Positions 38,301 to 51,526 of a stretch of DNA of 64,000 bases are shown in pieces. The first letter of the stretch is position 1. Each line of letters opens with the position of its first letter. Below the pieces are notes generated by a model. The model ran no database searches. It was not told where the DNA came from and saw only the letters and a program-made list of their open reading frames with translations. Source of the stretch: Botryllus schlosseri (Eukaryota); assembly GCA_051294905.1 (NCBI GenBank), contig CM119372.1, positions 26,600,001-26,664,000 of the forward strand, in the 5' to 3' direction. Both the position numbers and the translations under genes were made by a program.

Positions 38301-40000
38301 CTGGTTCGGGATATTCCTAATCGACACATCGACTCAAAATTTCTATTAGCCCGGAGATGACAAGAATCTGGATCTTGGATTCTTTCTTAAGATGAATTCG
38401 GAGAATCCATTGCCAGATAACATACGCACATTTCCACATACACATGCAGGATTTGTATACGATTTTGAATTTCCGATTTACTGCGTGAATCTTCATATGA
38501 TTATACTCAATAGAGTGTAGGTCTATTGACTGTAGGTCCAACTCATCACATCTTCACATTTCACACCAAGAATCTACAAAGTACCGACGCGGTCGATTGA
38601 AGCTCGAAGTCAAACGGGATCATGTCGATCGCCCCCACGAAAACCAGTGACACATATATCTAGAACAGAGACGGCACGCTTCATTCAATCATAGATTAGC
38701 TTGGAATTGGAGTTGATGATATCGCTTAGATTTCAATTCAACATTAGACGCGTCATTTCGCTTAACGTTGAGCTTTATGCTTTAGGCCAGTGGTCCTTCC
38801 CAAGGCGATTTCGAGACATAGGGTAGAAAATAATGAAGGGGGCGAAAATGTTAGAATGTTCAGTCAGATATACGTAATAACCTAGTAACCGGATACCGGC
38901 ACAAAATACACGTGAAAAATAGGCAATTCTGGAACTGTCGCGTAAGTTGACTAAAAAATGGTCAACACGCATAAAACTACCCTCGGTTTCCGGGATCATC
39001 GCGACAAGTTGACCATTTTTCGGTACATTTACCAGCGATCAGAGTTAGATGTATAGATTTGCCGTTCAGATGTCCTCTTTCACGGATCCGAAAATATGGG
39101 AGCGATAAATATATGTCGAGCTTGATAATGGGGGGATGAGTCGAAAAAGATTGGGAACTGGTGCTTTAGACGAAATTCCAGTTTGTAATAGACTTTATAA
39201 ATCGTTCGATATTTGAATTTGGATACATCATATCCGCCCGTCTCCAGTAAAACATCAGAAATCGACGTCTATAAAGTCAAGACCATAACCAATAAACCAA
39301 CAATAACGTTACGGTGGATACACTTGATTGGGCGGCAATTCAATCAGGTAATTTTACCGCCGTAGAAGTACACCGACAGATTTTGCCTTGACTAATCTGA
39401 TACATAACTCTCACTGTTTCTGTTGTTAGATATTACCCTAATACGCGATCAAGTTCAATCAGCCGCGATAATTTGGGCGTGGCCCTGCCCATTAACACGC
39501 CCACTAGTCCAAATTGGTTAAAAATGTACGCTTACCGATTCGTAATGGCATTTGCGGTTCTCTCACCAGGAACTAACACTGTTCTCATGTATTGCAAGGT
39601 GGTTGTGGTTTTAATAATGGCTGCAGCCATAGGCACAATTTTATCCAAGCCGCATATGATTTATCACAATTCTCAGAAAATCCATAAAGCCTACCTCCGG
39701 CTTTGGTGTACGTATGTTTCGGCTAGAACGCAAACCAAGCCAATTATGGTGGCTTTTCCGAGCTATGCCGAAAGCGCATACTTCCACCCTTTATTGGCGA
39801 CTATGGGTATTTCTCTCACTCGGAATGTTCAGATTTTATTGCATGAGTCTTCTCTGCACTTGAAATCCGAATACTATCGCAGATAAATTACTAATCCCAT
39901 CGACATTTGACGATTTTCGTAGCAAGGAGTAATTTCCGGGTAGAATTACACAGGTTTTCGTAGATGATAATCAAAAAAATTGGTGGGCTCCATAGAACTT
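35380..40000 (-). pseudogene. Possible heavily decayed sacsin-like (SRR-domain) coding relic
   Basis: Ordered minus-strand fragments ISDVLLETG, YVIWQWI and LISALLKVCLMLD...HPLIVFNALRY resemble sacsin repeat segments as I recall them. Three ORFs at 35377-36102 share one frame. Many stops. Not verified by a search. Confidence 0.35.
38788..39163 (+). mobile_element. hAT MITE, same family as 34303-34723
   Basis: Shared body (GGGCGAAAATGTTAGAA...CAGCGATCAGAGTTAG...GATGAGTCGAAAAAG). TSD CTTTAGGC/CTTTAGAC. Confidence 0.78.
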
Positions 40001-41177
40001 ATACCAGTTTCAGTTTTGACATGCTTTCATAGGAAGCATTACATTTCATTCTGCTTTAGTCGCACATATAGCCGCCACAACTATACTTCGTAGATGGTGT
40101 AGCGATATTTCGGTACAAAATCTTTATTTAGACTTCCCAGTATTTAGGGCTGGTCATTGAAATCGATATGTATTTCCAAGGACACAAAATTTGTAACACA
40201 ATTTTTACTTTCCACATCTAATTTCACAACTAAGTAAATGTATCCTTCTTATCCGCAATGTGACAGAAATGCAACTAAAAGTCTGCATTCGTCCGTCGGA
40301 AATTGATCATGATTTCATTTCGCCTTGATATAAGAATCGGATGTACTTTATAGCAGTTAGAGAACTTAAAGCGCTGGCTTTTCAAGACTAAATTTGCATA
40401 GCTTCAGTTCCGTGCTGTTTTGTAAAACGTAACAACCCATGCAGACTCAAATGATAAAGATCACTTTCGACTTTGAAATGAACACGGAATTCCAAACTAG
40501 AGTCCACAGAAACGGGACTACCAGGGCTACATGAATGCTGCCGAATCGCATTCAAACATTGCATGACTGAGAGAAATGTTTCCTTTGCAACTTTCTCAGC
40601 AAACGACGCGTTTGGTAACGAACCTTTGTGCGGTTACTATGTCAGGCTTCATGCAAAACGCGCCGTAATTGATTCTACAGTTTATGAAACACACTCTATA
40701 AATGCCAGTAATGCATCACAGTTTTAAAAAGCCTGTTGCAAAGAGCGTGTATTGCAAACGCCTACCAGTCCGCAAGTAACAGAAACGCGGCCGCGCAAGC
40801 GTTTGCTATTGAAGTCATTGTATAACCTATCTCTGATACTGACTATTCACTTTATCACCATTGAAAGTTACATAAATACCCTCTTTCAAAAAGGCATATT
40901 ATGGTCTGTTTACATTGTAAGCCATATACGACCATATTCACAGGCAAGAATAATCGCATAACAAAGATCCAAGTACGAAGGCAGATATTTTTGTGTTTAT
41001 TGGTCAATTATCGATCAATTTGTTTGAAATATATGTATCGACACCCCAATGCTAAACCGCCCCACCCAAATCTTCATCCTGGCTACGTCTATCTCTAAGC
41101 ATTCAGGTACCCGATTTTGCCTAGACCTATATGCGTAGCTAAGACACGTTTGGCAGAAGAAAAAAAGTAGGACTTAC

Positions 41178-41415
41178 CGGTAACCTTCCACCGTATCAAT
41201 CTGTAAGATATCCCCATTGTCAACACTCTCCTTCTCCAACGCAGCCTGAACCGCCTGATTGCTGCCGGTGTTCCCAACCACGAATATCGTGTTCAGCAGC
41301 AGTCCATCAATCACTTTCACCGCGCCCCACGTCTTCCGGATCACGTCCCGTCTCGACGTGTGGATCGGCGAAGTCTTTACGATGAAGAGCATGAAATACC
41401 GCGACCGGCCATTTT
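41178..41415 (-). CDS. GT31 glycosyltransferase-like gene, coding exon 3 (catalytic domain N-part)
   Basis: Acceptor TCATTTTAG|, donor CG|GTAAGT. Encodes FMLFIVKTS...RRDVIRKTWG...IFVVG...LEKES...GDILQID...EGYR, the Galactosyl_T (GT31) motif I region. Confidence 0.92.
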
Positions 41416-44400
41416 CTAAAATGACAAGACGGTGACATTTTAAACGCATTGCCAATAAATAAAGGGATGAGATTCGGAGCAACAGTTGACATACTATGGT
41501 TTATTTGATGATGGCGTATGACTTTCAGTGAAACCTAAGTTTGCAATTAAGAAGAAGTGAGATCATCGCTCATAATAATTCATTGTAGTATACTAAAATA
41601 TTCGTGATTCGCCAAGAAAAACCTATGGCCGTGGCGGTGTTTTCACAGGATACACCGTATTTCATTATGACATAGCTCTTGAGCATACGATAATGTGGTG
41701 TGATTGATGGCTGGCTCTGGCTTGTCTTTGACTATACTGAACAAAGGCTCTTTATTCGACCGGGTCTGCCTCACAACAGAAGAGTTGATCAGAGTCGACA
41801 CTGTGTGTGTACGTACACTGTGCATGGTGTTGGGGCAAGTGGGGACATAACGATCATATATCGATGAAAATTTGTTTCATATTTCATCAATGTCATTCTA
41901 TATAAGTATGCTTAAAAGAATTTTTATGATCGTTTCTGAATGCAACATTCTGGCTTTGGGAAGATGAATCATTTTGAAATTATCGGTTCGAGTCATTCTT
42001 AAAACTTTACGGATCTATCAGATTCCTATTTCTTTAGAGCAATCCAAAATAAGAATGAAAATGTTTTGGTGGGTCAAGCTATTGAATCGATTGGTACAGA
42101 CTTATTGTACAGTTATTTACAAGCAATTGGTAATATATGGTGATGGTCTTCCTAAACTTCCACCACTGGGGCTGCAATTAGTCCAAACACGAGATCAAAC
42201 GTATAAATGAAAAATAAATAATAGGTAATAGGCAATTGAATTTCATGGCATATTGTGAACCAATTAGGCCCGTTTTCAGTCTGTTGTAACGACACTGAGC
42301 CCAAACCCCAAACACGTCCCCAACATCGAGCGAATGGCGTGTGGCTCTGGCATCATTAAGTCATTAAGTCACGATGTCTGATTGGCAGCGTCATAGCTAT
42401 GGTGGATAGTTCATGCAAAGATCAGTTTTGTTAGCAAGAAAACATTAACGACAGATGAAGCTCGAGAAATTTTACCGGAACAAAAAAAAATTACAACTGA
42501 GTTCGATTTTACTTCACAATGCACACAACAATGAACCGCTGACTTGCGTCTCGTAGTACGTGAGTGAAATATGCCTTTGCTAGCTGTAAGTTATGATCTT
42601 ATCAAGCCCAACACCTTTCCAAATATCAACTTCAATGGCGAGAAGTAGTTCCTATTGAATAGAGTTGACTCAAAAATCGCGATAATACTATGCTGTCATA
42701 TCCAAATTCAGCATTGCCAAGATCTCGTATCCGAACATTCTTTATATCCGGTTAAAATACATAGATTCGTCTACATAAATCTGGTAGCAGAACGGCGAAT
42801 CGCAAGGATATAAATTACCGGTAGAAATATCCAAATACCTAGTCCACATGCACTTCCCACGATTAAACTCATGCCAGGGAAATTGAGACGTTTTAAAGCA
42901 GCTACAAGTCCATACACGCAGTTCAAGAATACCATGAGTTGACCTTAGTGGCACAAGGTAGATGCGAGGGGTGGTAGGGGCAGATTTAGTGAAGTCAATC
43001 GTCAAATGTGAGAGCCTAAGCTAGTGGTTCTCTTCGCCCCCTAATCAAGCTCGAAATATCTTTATGGCGACCTAAAAGCTAGAGATCATCAGTAACGATG
43101 TACTTCCTACTTTTCCGTAGAACTCAATCGAGTAGTTTTGTTAGTATGCTACTTCGCCAACACTCTTTCACGCTGCAATACTGAAATTTGGATACTTTAT
43201 ATATATATTGTCCAGTGAAAAGTAGTTTTTGAAGGCACTTATATAAACAACGCGACGCTACTAAGTTGAGAGAATTCATAAACAAGTTCAATTGCTGTTA
43301 ATGTCAAGCCAATATTTCCAATTTGATCCTATTTACCTCCACCCGGACTATAGGATGAGTCTAGCTATGAGACGCTTTCCTATCAACGCCCATCGATTAT
43401 AACTGCGCAGTCCCACACATATTTGCAATTTTCCACATTGCGGCATATTACAAATACTATTTATTGTATACGATTAGCTTCGTCTTTTACACGGATTTTT
43501 CGATAAGGCACAAGATTACGTCTTGATATAATCTTCCAATCTCACGGTGGTTTATTGGTTTTGTACCAGCTGCAGAGTTTTCTGTTTAGATATAGATACA
43601 TGCATTCTCAGATACCGTAATAAGAAAGGAGAGGAACTAAGACACCGTTTGAACACTGTTAAAAGCAATAAAACAGTATTAGACGTGAGGTGTTTTGGAA
43701 CAATATCAAAATCTAGTTTCCCACATAAACACAATTTCGATGTTCTGAACAAACACCTGCCTGCTTTTGTGCCACGCGTTTAGCGGGATCGCCCAATCGT
43801 CAATGTTTAAAGACAAATAAATCTCAATTAAAGTCAATACCATAAACTCAACCCAGTTTGAGCGTGCACGGAAACAAGAACAATATCATTTTTAATACAA
43901 ATTCCTCAAAATAGTGCGAAAGCATCCTTATTAACACAATTTAAACGTAGACTCGGGGTATGTGTGTCGTTTGGAACATGCGGAAACCAGTTTATTTGCA
44001 CGAAATCCCTTTCAAATATCTTTGGGCAAACACGATGTACAGCTATACAGTATATCGAAGTAACCTGCTGAGTGCGCCTTCATTTCGTATCGGCAACGTT
44101 TCTAGGCACAAAGGTCACACTTCATAATCCGTCATATCACAATACCTCTTTGATGGGACAATATGTGCATAATACAGTCTTCTATAAAAGCTGGTCAGCA
44201 GCAAGGTGTGATTTTCGGACTAATCAAGTAGGTTTTGTAGGAATGAACTCCGCACTCCAGTGTTCATGTTTTCCGACTACTTCAACTTATAATTAAGCAG
44301 TTTTCGAAGTCAAATATTGATTTCAAACATCTTAGATTTTGTCAAGGGGACAGCGTATATTTGCGTCAATTCCATTTGAAATTCATGACACCAAGACGCG

Positions 44401-46111
44401 CAGGGCTTGGTATTGGTCCGCTTTTGACGCCGCCTCAGCGAGGGTGGCAATTTCGAGTGACTGGTACTCACTACTCAAGGGCCCCATCGAGACTGGAGTG
44501 AGTACTGGCTGCAAATGTGTAATCGTGTTAACCTACTTTTCAATAACTTGAGTAGTGCATTAGCGGCTAAAAACCAATTGTATGCTGTCGGTAGCAATTT
44601 AGATCGGTACAGTGAAGGTTCAACGGTATTTCATTAGTGCACGTGACGGATGTGCCTATATATATATATTACCCGGGTTTATAGATAGTTGCTACGCTTG
44701 GTGCTCGACGTAATTCGAAATGAGAGGAGTTTCTTTTAGCACTCAACGTCTATGAAAATAAAGATTTTATGACTTACAATTACAAGATAGAAACGAACAA
44801 GCAAACAATATATTCATAACGTCTATTTATATCACCCGAAAATGTTTCTGGTTAAATAAATTGGAAGCATAGGGATGCAGTGTTAAGCGGAAATGAATAA
44901 AAAATGGGCCGACTCGAAGTGAATTTGAATTGTGAGCGTACATCTAAACCAACAAATAAAGATTTGTTGCATTGTCTTGCGCGGATTGATGTTGCTTTGC
45001 TTTACAATCCCCCGATATGCATAGTGGAATATAACATGTATATACATAATACATATTTCCAGTATCTTTCCGTACTATCTGAAGACTTAATTCCATGTAC
45101 GAAGGTGTGGCCAAAGCCATGATGTTCGCAGAGGATTCAATGAGGTCTCTTAGTCAGCACCAATCTTTCTCTATATATATCGCCGATCTATTCAATCTAC
45201 TAAGACCCTAGAATCCACAAAGTAGGTATGGACAAGCTGCTTGTATAGATAATAAAGACGTGCCGGCCGTAATTACACCTGATGATATGAATTATTTCAT
45301 ATTTCCAAGGAACCGCTTTGTGTATTCGTTGACGATTCGACAGTGGACGATTAAATATACATTCGATTAGAATAGACTACTGCATTTGGCATTTCATTTT
45401 CGATACCTTTTGAATATTTAATTGGACGCGTTCATTTCCGCGAAATAGGCACGATTATTATTTATGGCATGAAGACGCGCGATATTCAAGCTTACGATGT
45501 GCTGGAATTTTCAAATAATATCACATTACCGATCTTCGAAGACTTGTCGGCACGGCAACGCCATCCGTGTAGAAATATTCATATATGTTTACTCGTTACA
45601 TTATTTTGGTGGCATTTCACCAGTGGACTGTAGATGAAAGTCATCGAACACTTGTGTTGAAATATTTCATTGCGAATTGATACAGATCTCATGATTTCAA
45701 TATGGAGACACTGTATTGTGCAAGAAGAATGGAGTGCGAACAATCACCTTCTGGTGAACGGGCTAAGCGACATCAAAGGTATACCGTGTTGGGCGGATTC
45801 GCGTGTGATATCGCGCCGACTTATATATGAGCTACATATCGTGGGCCAAATGTCCATTGAAGTGCATGTGAAGAGGGAATTAACGTTACCCCAAACCAAC
45901 TAACATAAAATGACCTCAAGCCTCAGTCCCCACAGAGTTGACGACATGACGAAAAGAGCATGGCATTCACCAGAATTAAACCACTAATCATTTTCGCGCA
46001 TTTATTCGCCAGGTAAATGTTTTGGAGGTTTCCTCGAGGATATACTCGCCAAATTATGAGATATGGGATATCACAAATTACGATACCCAATGCAGACCTC
46101 TGCGACTATGC

Positions 46112-46147
<36 letters not shown>
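46112..46147 (+). repeat. (AGT)12 microsatellite
   Basis: Seen directly in the sequence. Confidence 0.95.
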
Positions 46148-46148
<1 letters not shown>

Positions 46149-46347
46149 ATAGTTGTACAGTACACATAAGAAGTACACATAAGGCTGTTATTAGATGTCA
46201 ACAAGCCTTCTGTTTTTCTATAGTAGAGCACAGACTTACGAGCCAGTCCAAGAATTGTTTACAAATGGATTCATACGGTCGCCCACGGAACAAAAAAGTC
46301 AATGACACAATAGCATGCACGGTGTGCAGTCTGTACACCTAGGTATA

Positions 46348-47307
46348 GGGGAGATGTGGTACCGATGGATCACTGGGGCCGAAAATACTTGAAAAATTCT
46401 CCATGATAATTCTATGATTACACTCCGTGAATGTCTAGAATTACATGCTGGCAGAATCTTTCCTCACATGCAAAAAAATTCGACCTGCGTGAGTTATGGG
46501 GTCTGTGACGAATGATTTACGTTTTAGGAGTTGTAAAGTAAATTTGGATCGACATTTGCATTTTTCTATATCACCTTTCAGACTAACAAGCCCGCCATAA
46601 TTTTTGATGTGATGTATAGGGCATGTATCAGGGTATATAATGAGACATATTTTTTGAATCAATAACATCCTGGAGTGGACTATTTTCAATTCAATTACAA
46701 TATTTATGGGGTGGGGGACCTATGTAACCATAGCCAAATCAAGCATAATAGATGGACCAACTAATCACTTAACAACTGAAACTCGCCTACATATATATAG
46801 GCTGTAAATCATACTTACCTGTGGTGTTTTATCGCTATTACGAGGTATTTGAAAGTCAAACTGTCGATTTGCGGGTAATATGTATGTGGCATTAATTTTG
46901 TAAGTTTGGGCGTAAATCAAAACATAATTTTATGCCAACATTTGAGTTGATATAATCTATTTTATTCTTGAAGGTCGCGACGAAACATTCTTCATTGGCT
47001 TGCTGTAGCTTAGATTATAGTACACAACAAAACAAGTTAACAAATTTGAGTTTTTGAGCGTATGTCTTATAGGTCCCATGGTCGTGTGCCTTTGGACCCA
47101 CCGGGTGGGGACCGATGACACGCTCGACCAACAAATTTTAAACGTTTATAAATATTTTTTGAAAAGGCGGATATTCATGTAAATGTCCGCGATAGGTAGA
47201 GCTTGTATCGAAGTGTTGAGACAGCAAAAGATCTGCTATTCTCGGCTAAAGATTTGAGGGCCAGAGATCATTTTGCAATTTTTGATCCATCGGTATCACA
47301 TCTCCCC
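46348..47307. mobile_element. TA-target (Tc1/mariner-pogo-like) non-autonomous element
   Basis: TIR GGGGAGATGTGGTACCGATGGATCA / TGATCCATCGGTATCACATCTCCCC (1 mismatch), flanked by TA on both sides. Confidence 0.82.
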
Positions 47308-48495
47308 TATCCGACAATTAAGCATGTGAGATAGGACATGGTTCGGATTAGATTGGGTCCCCGACCGGAGGGAGTTGGTGGATGCGGAGATTAGATTGCT
47401 GCGGGCGGTCACAATGTATGCAGGAGATATACGGAGTACGTGAGAGATATCGTAGTAATTCACAATCAGGGGACCATAGTCACGTCGATATGAAAATCAA
47501 CAGATCCAATCTACCCTCGTTTCAGTTTACAGGGAATTTTCCGAAGTAGAATAGCTTTCGACTATTACATTACAAGTTCCGAATTTCTGTCCAATTTGCA
47601 GCAGGATTGAGTCACAAAGAGGCAGGCCACGGAACATTTCCAAACCGAAAGTGGGACATTACAACAGGATGGTTGAAAACCACTTGGTTAGATTAAGAAC
47701 CGGACAAAACGAGGATCTTATTCTGATCTGAGTTATTTATTACGCTTAGAGTTGAGTCGAGTATTTATGTACCATCAACTCACAGTCGGAAAAAATTGAG
47801 TTCTAATGCCATAATCTCTTAAAGCCACAAGCTTTCACGCGTCGACGAGGACGATAATTTACGTTATAAACTCGATCAAAATAGTTCTGTAAAATTATAT
47901 ACAACAATGACATAGCGTACTGTAACTTAAATCCGTGGCATGAACAGTTGAACACTACATGTTGTTTCGACGCACGTATAATGAGTACTGCCCTACATAT
48001 ATTTGGTGAAAATTATACACCCCGTTGACGTTATCAAGGGTACCATGGTCACAAGCACATAAATGCGCACTCGAAGTCACAAGTGTCGCATAATTTTGGT
48101 ACCCTGAAATGTCGACACCTACCAGTCGAGACAAATCATTATAATCACTAATTGATTAGGCTTCAAGTATTCAAACCTCTGTGTTCAGCCCTATAGGCAA
48201 AATATGAACCTAGTTACAACGGCATTCAGCCAAGGTGATTAAATAGGATTGGTAGGGTTCATATTCGGGATGGATTTGAAATCAAATGCTTGATTGTATC
48301 CACGCTCAAGTGTCGACGAAATTTTACTGTGATGAACTCACAGTAATCAACAGTGAGATCATGTATAGCTACGGAAAATTCATGGATTGAATCAACCGAT
48401 GCACTGTACTTGTGCATGTACTTGTACAACCAGGGAGACGAATATAATCGACTGTGTGGAACGTATGACACGTAGAGTCATTAACGCAGTGTGAA

Positions 48496-50322
48496 TTGAA
48501 TATGGTTTTACCCACTATCACGCAATATTGTGTTTTCGATCGTTTGAAATCGCACTTTACTTTATCCCTGAAATCCAATAAGTCAATTCACATAACCAAA
48601 CCTGATAAAGGATCTGGTGTAGTCATTTTGAATAAGTGTGACTACATTTCTAAAATGGATTTAATTCTCGGCGACAAGTCTAAATTTGAAATCCTTGGCC
48701 CTGCGTGTGACAATGACAACACCTCCAAGATAGAAGCTCGTATTCAGCGTCTACTATTGACCCTCAAGAAGGCGGGAAAAATCTCTTCTGCTGAATACGA
48801 CGATATCAGACCCACTGGCTCCATTCGACCACGTATGTATGGTCTTCCGAAGACTCATAAATCGAATGTACCCTTACGTCCGATACTATCGATGGTTGGA
48901 TCAGCGTATCACAAAGTCGCGAAGTGGATTGCGAGATATCTTGAGCCGGTGAGTTTGTTCTATGGTGGTAACTGCATTCGTGACTCGTTCACATTTGCTG
49001 ATACCATTCGTAATGCTGATCTCGATGAGTCCGAAATCTCTATGTGTTCGTTTGATATATCTAGTTTATTCACGAACGTGCCAGTTCAAGAGACTATAGA
49101 GATTTGTGCCAATGAACTCTATGGTGGTGTCCTTCCATCTCCTCCATTCTCAAGGTCTTCTTTTGTTAAATTAATGCGATTGATCACTTGTGATGTCGAA
49201 TTTAGTTTCAATAACACCATATATACACAGATCGATGGTGTTGCAATGGGATCGCCGCTTGGTCCCATTCTGGCTAACATTTTTGTGGGGTATTACGAAA
49301 AACGGTTATTCGAAGATATTGATCGACCATTAATGTATCAAAGATATGTTGATGACACCTTCGCCATATTTGAAAATGAATCCCAGTGTGATTTGTTTCT
49401 GAGCAAATTGAATGGTCTTCACCCATCACTGAAATTCACCATGGAAAAAGAGGTTAATAATTCATTAGCATTCCTTGATGTTGTAGTGGAAAAGACGGGT
49501 GCTAATTTTGTTACATCAGTTTACCGTAAGCCTACATTCAGTGGGCAATACATTTCGTGGGATTCTTTCTGTCCAGTAAAACGTAAAGTAAATTTGATAA
49601 GAACTCTGGTACACAGGGCTCTGATGATTTGTAGTAAAGTCAAACTTGATTCTGAATTGGAGAACATTCGGTCAATCTTTCAGTCAAATGGTTATCCTGA
49701 TCATATCATTAAAATGACCATAGATCGTAAACTCAAAGATTTCAGAAAAGTTAAACCGTTCGGACCTAGAAAATGTCCTGTTTATTTGCATCTTCCTTGG
49801 ATTGGGAAAGTGTCCAACAGGTTTGAAAAACAAATTAAATCGTCAGTGAGCCATTGTTTTTCACAAGTAGAACCTCAGATAATCTTCACGACGAAATCTC
49901 TGATGCCTGCAACGCAAAAGGATGTGCTACCTGCGACAAATCAAAGCAATATAATATATGAATACACGTGCCGATGTGACAGTCGGTATGTAGGTCGCAC
50001 GTCTCAGCGCTTGCAGCAAAGAATTCGCCAGCATGTCCCACGGCAAATTAGAATAAATAATGTTTCTCCAACTCCTTCATCGCAGTCTGTTGACACACTG
50101 CGTGATTATGATCAAGTTACTGCTTGTAATTCGGCTATTGAACAGCATCTCTTATCCCATCCAGAATGTGCTGATCATTACAACGACAGTCAATTTTCTA
50201 TACTTGCTCGTGGCCGTTCTCTTTTTCATTTAAAGGTCCTGGAATCTACAATCATAAAGCTACGAAAGCCGATTCTCTGTCGCCAGAAGGAACGCCTCTA
50301 CACTCTTGGAATATTTCATTAA
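48496..50322 (+). CDS. PLE reverse transcriptase + GIY-YIG endonuclease (uninterrupted ORF, N-terminus probably missing)
   Basis: Motifs KPDKG, YGLPKTHK, PLRPI, SFDISSLFTNVP, GVAMGSPLGP, RYVDD, FLDV, YRKPT, NGYP, IIYEYTCRCDSRYVGRT...RIRQH and AIEQHL. The ORF opens at TTG and PLE-like sequence begins around 48560. Confidence 0.93.
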   Translation: MNMVLPTITQYCVFDRLKSHFTLSLKSNKSIHITKPDKGSGVVILNKCDYISKMDLILGDKSKFEILGPACDNDNTSKIEARIQRLLLTLKKAGKISSAEYDDIRPTGSIRPRMYGLPKTHKSNVPLRPILSMVGSAYHKVAKWIARYLEPVSLFYGGNCIRDSFTFADTIRNADLDESEISMCSFDISSLFTNVPVQETIEICANELYGGVLPSPPFSRSSFVKLMRLITCDVEFSFNNTIYTQIDGVAMGSPLGPILANIFVGYYEKRLFEDIDRPLMYQRYVDDTFAIFENESQCDLFLSKLNGLHPSLKFTMEKEVNNSLAFLDVVVEKTGANFVTSVYRKPTFSGQYISWDSFCPVKRKVNLIRTLVHRALMICSKVKLDSELENIRSIFQSNGYPDHIIKMTIDRKLKDFRKVKPFGPRKCPVYLHLPWIGKVSNRFEKQIKSSVSHCFSQVEPQIIFTTKSLMPATQKDVLPATNQSNIIYEYTCRCDSRYVGRTSQRLQQRIRQHVPRQIRINNVSPTPSSQSVDTLRDYDQVTACNSAIEQHLLSHPECADHYNDSQFSILARGRSLFHLKVLESTIIKLRKPILCRQKERLYTLGIFH

Positions 50323-50600
50323 TGTTATGTGTTGTGTTTTCGGTTATTTATAACCGAATATGTACTCGTAACGTTTGTTTTGTACCGTTACTACCGTATC
50401 TAGCCCGTCTACTAGTTGCTTGTTTTTGTTATTATTACGCCATACAGACAAAATAGTTCTTACATTTCGAATTTGATTCACCCCATCACTAACGTTCGCT
50501 ACTGATGAGAGTTAGTCGAAAAGCTTTTAGCGAATAAATTAACAATATGAAGTTATTGTTTCGCGTTTACCGAAAATCCACTCTTGTTTCGTTACAAAAA
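48560..50600 (+). mobile_element. Penelope-like retroelement (Penelope/Poseidon-type), probably 5'-truncated, antisense in intron 2
   Basis: RT + GIY-YIG ORF followed by a 3' region with a hammerhead and AATAAA. Ends are approximate; no clear TSD seen. Confidence 0.92.
50494..50535 (+). ncRNA. Minimal type I hammerhead ribozyme in PLE 3' terminal repeat region
   Basis: TTCGCTA-CTGATGA-GA(GTTAG)TC-GAAA-AGCT-T-T-TAGCGAA: 7-bp helix I, intact core, 2-bp helix II, palindromic helix III (AAGCTT), predicted cleavage after U50527 (UUU). AATAAA at 50533-50538. Confidence 0.85.
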
Positions 50601-51526
50601 AGAACATGATGTGACGATGTGCACGAAATTCCGTCGGGCTATACTCGAAGTGCTAGCTCCAGAAATACCGTAAACACAGCTGTCAGGGTGTAACGTCCAA
50701 ATTCCCTGGATTCATTAGTTCCCATATGGTGATCTACGTAAAATATTGTTTTGCCCGGGTGGAAAATTCCCGAGTTTCAATGCTAAGATCAAGCAGTGAC
50801 GTCATATAATTTCGCGAAATTTGACAAATCGGTTCGGTGAATTTATTCCACTTAGACAAAGTAAGGTTGGACAGTCAAATTATATCCGACATTTTGCTGA
50901 TTTGGATGCAGATATGTCAAGCAAATACATAACATGAGAAGGCTACGTCGGGATGCGTCAACGGGAGATGCAATTCGTATGAACACAACTATAAGCATAC
51001 GTCAGTACTCAATATACGTTGCATGTGCTGTGGAGTTTTGTTATATACCCCTGTCCTGTTATCAAACGACCGATCCCTAGCACCCAGGAATTAAGTATGG
51101 GACTGTGCCTTGCAAAAAGTATCACGAGAAAGTATCGAGAATCAATGACGTAATTCGAAGAGAAATTTCAAGGTAACGTGTCTGAGATTAGATGGAATCC
51201 CTTGTTATATGGGCTTTTGCAGAGATTTTCAAATTGATATAAAGAAACTATATCAACGAGAGAACCGCCAGCTTCTGGAGCAGTGCTTTCCAAAAATTTT
51301 CGACTAATCGTTCCCTTATCCAGCTTGACACAACTTTTCGCCCCCAAAATTTACGGATCCGAAAAAAAGGACATATAAACGGGAAATTTTTTTACCTACT
51401 CTGATCGCTGTTGAATTGACCAAAAAAAAACGGGTAACTTTTACGAGTCGGTGATCGGAAAACCGGTTTCCGCGTCTACTTTCCATTGAGTTGACCCTTC
51501 TCCGCGTCATATGCAGAATAAGAATT

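Noticed and set aside
41824..42328. Possible pogo/Tigger-like MITE (GTGTTGGGG...CCCCAACATC)
   Set aside because: The inverted ends are short and diverged, and no clean TA TSD is present.
46022..46342. 106-aa ORF with poly-Ser
   Set aside because: The poly-Ser is the (AGT)n microsatellite and there is no other coding signal.
50547..50609. Short ORF MKLLFRVYRKSTLVSLQKRT after the hammerhead, as the start of a tandem PLE copy
   Set aside because: Plausible from PLE architecture but too short to support without a full-length family consensus.
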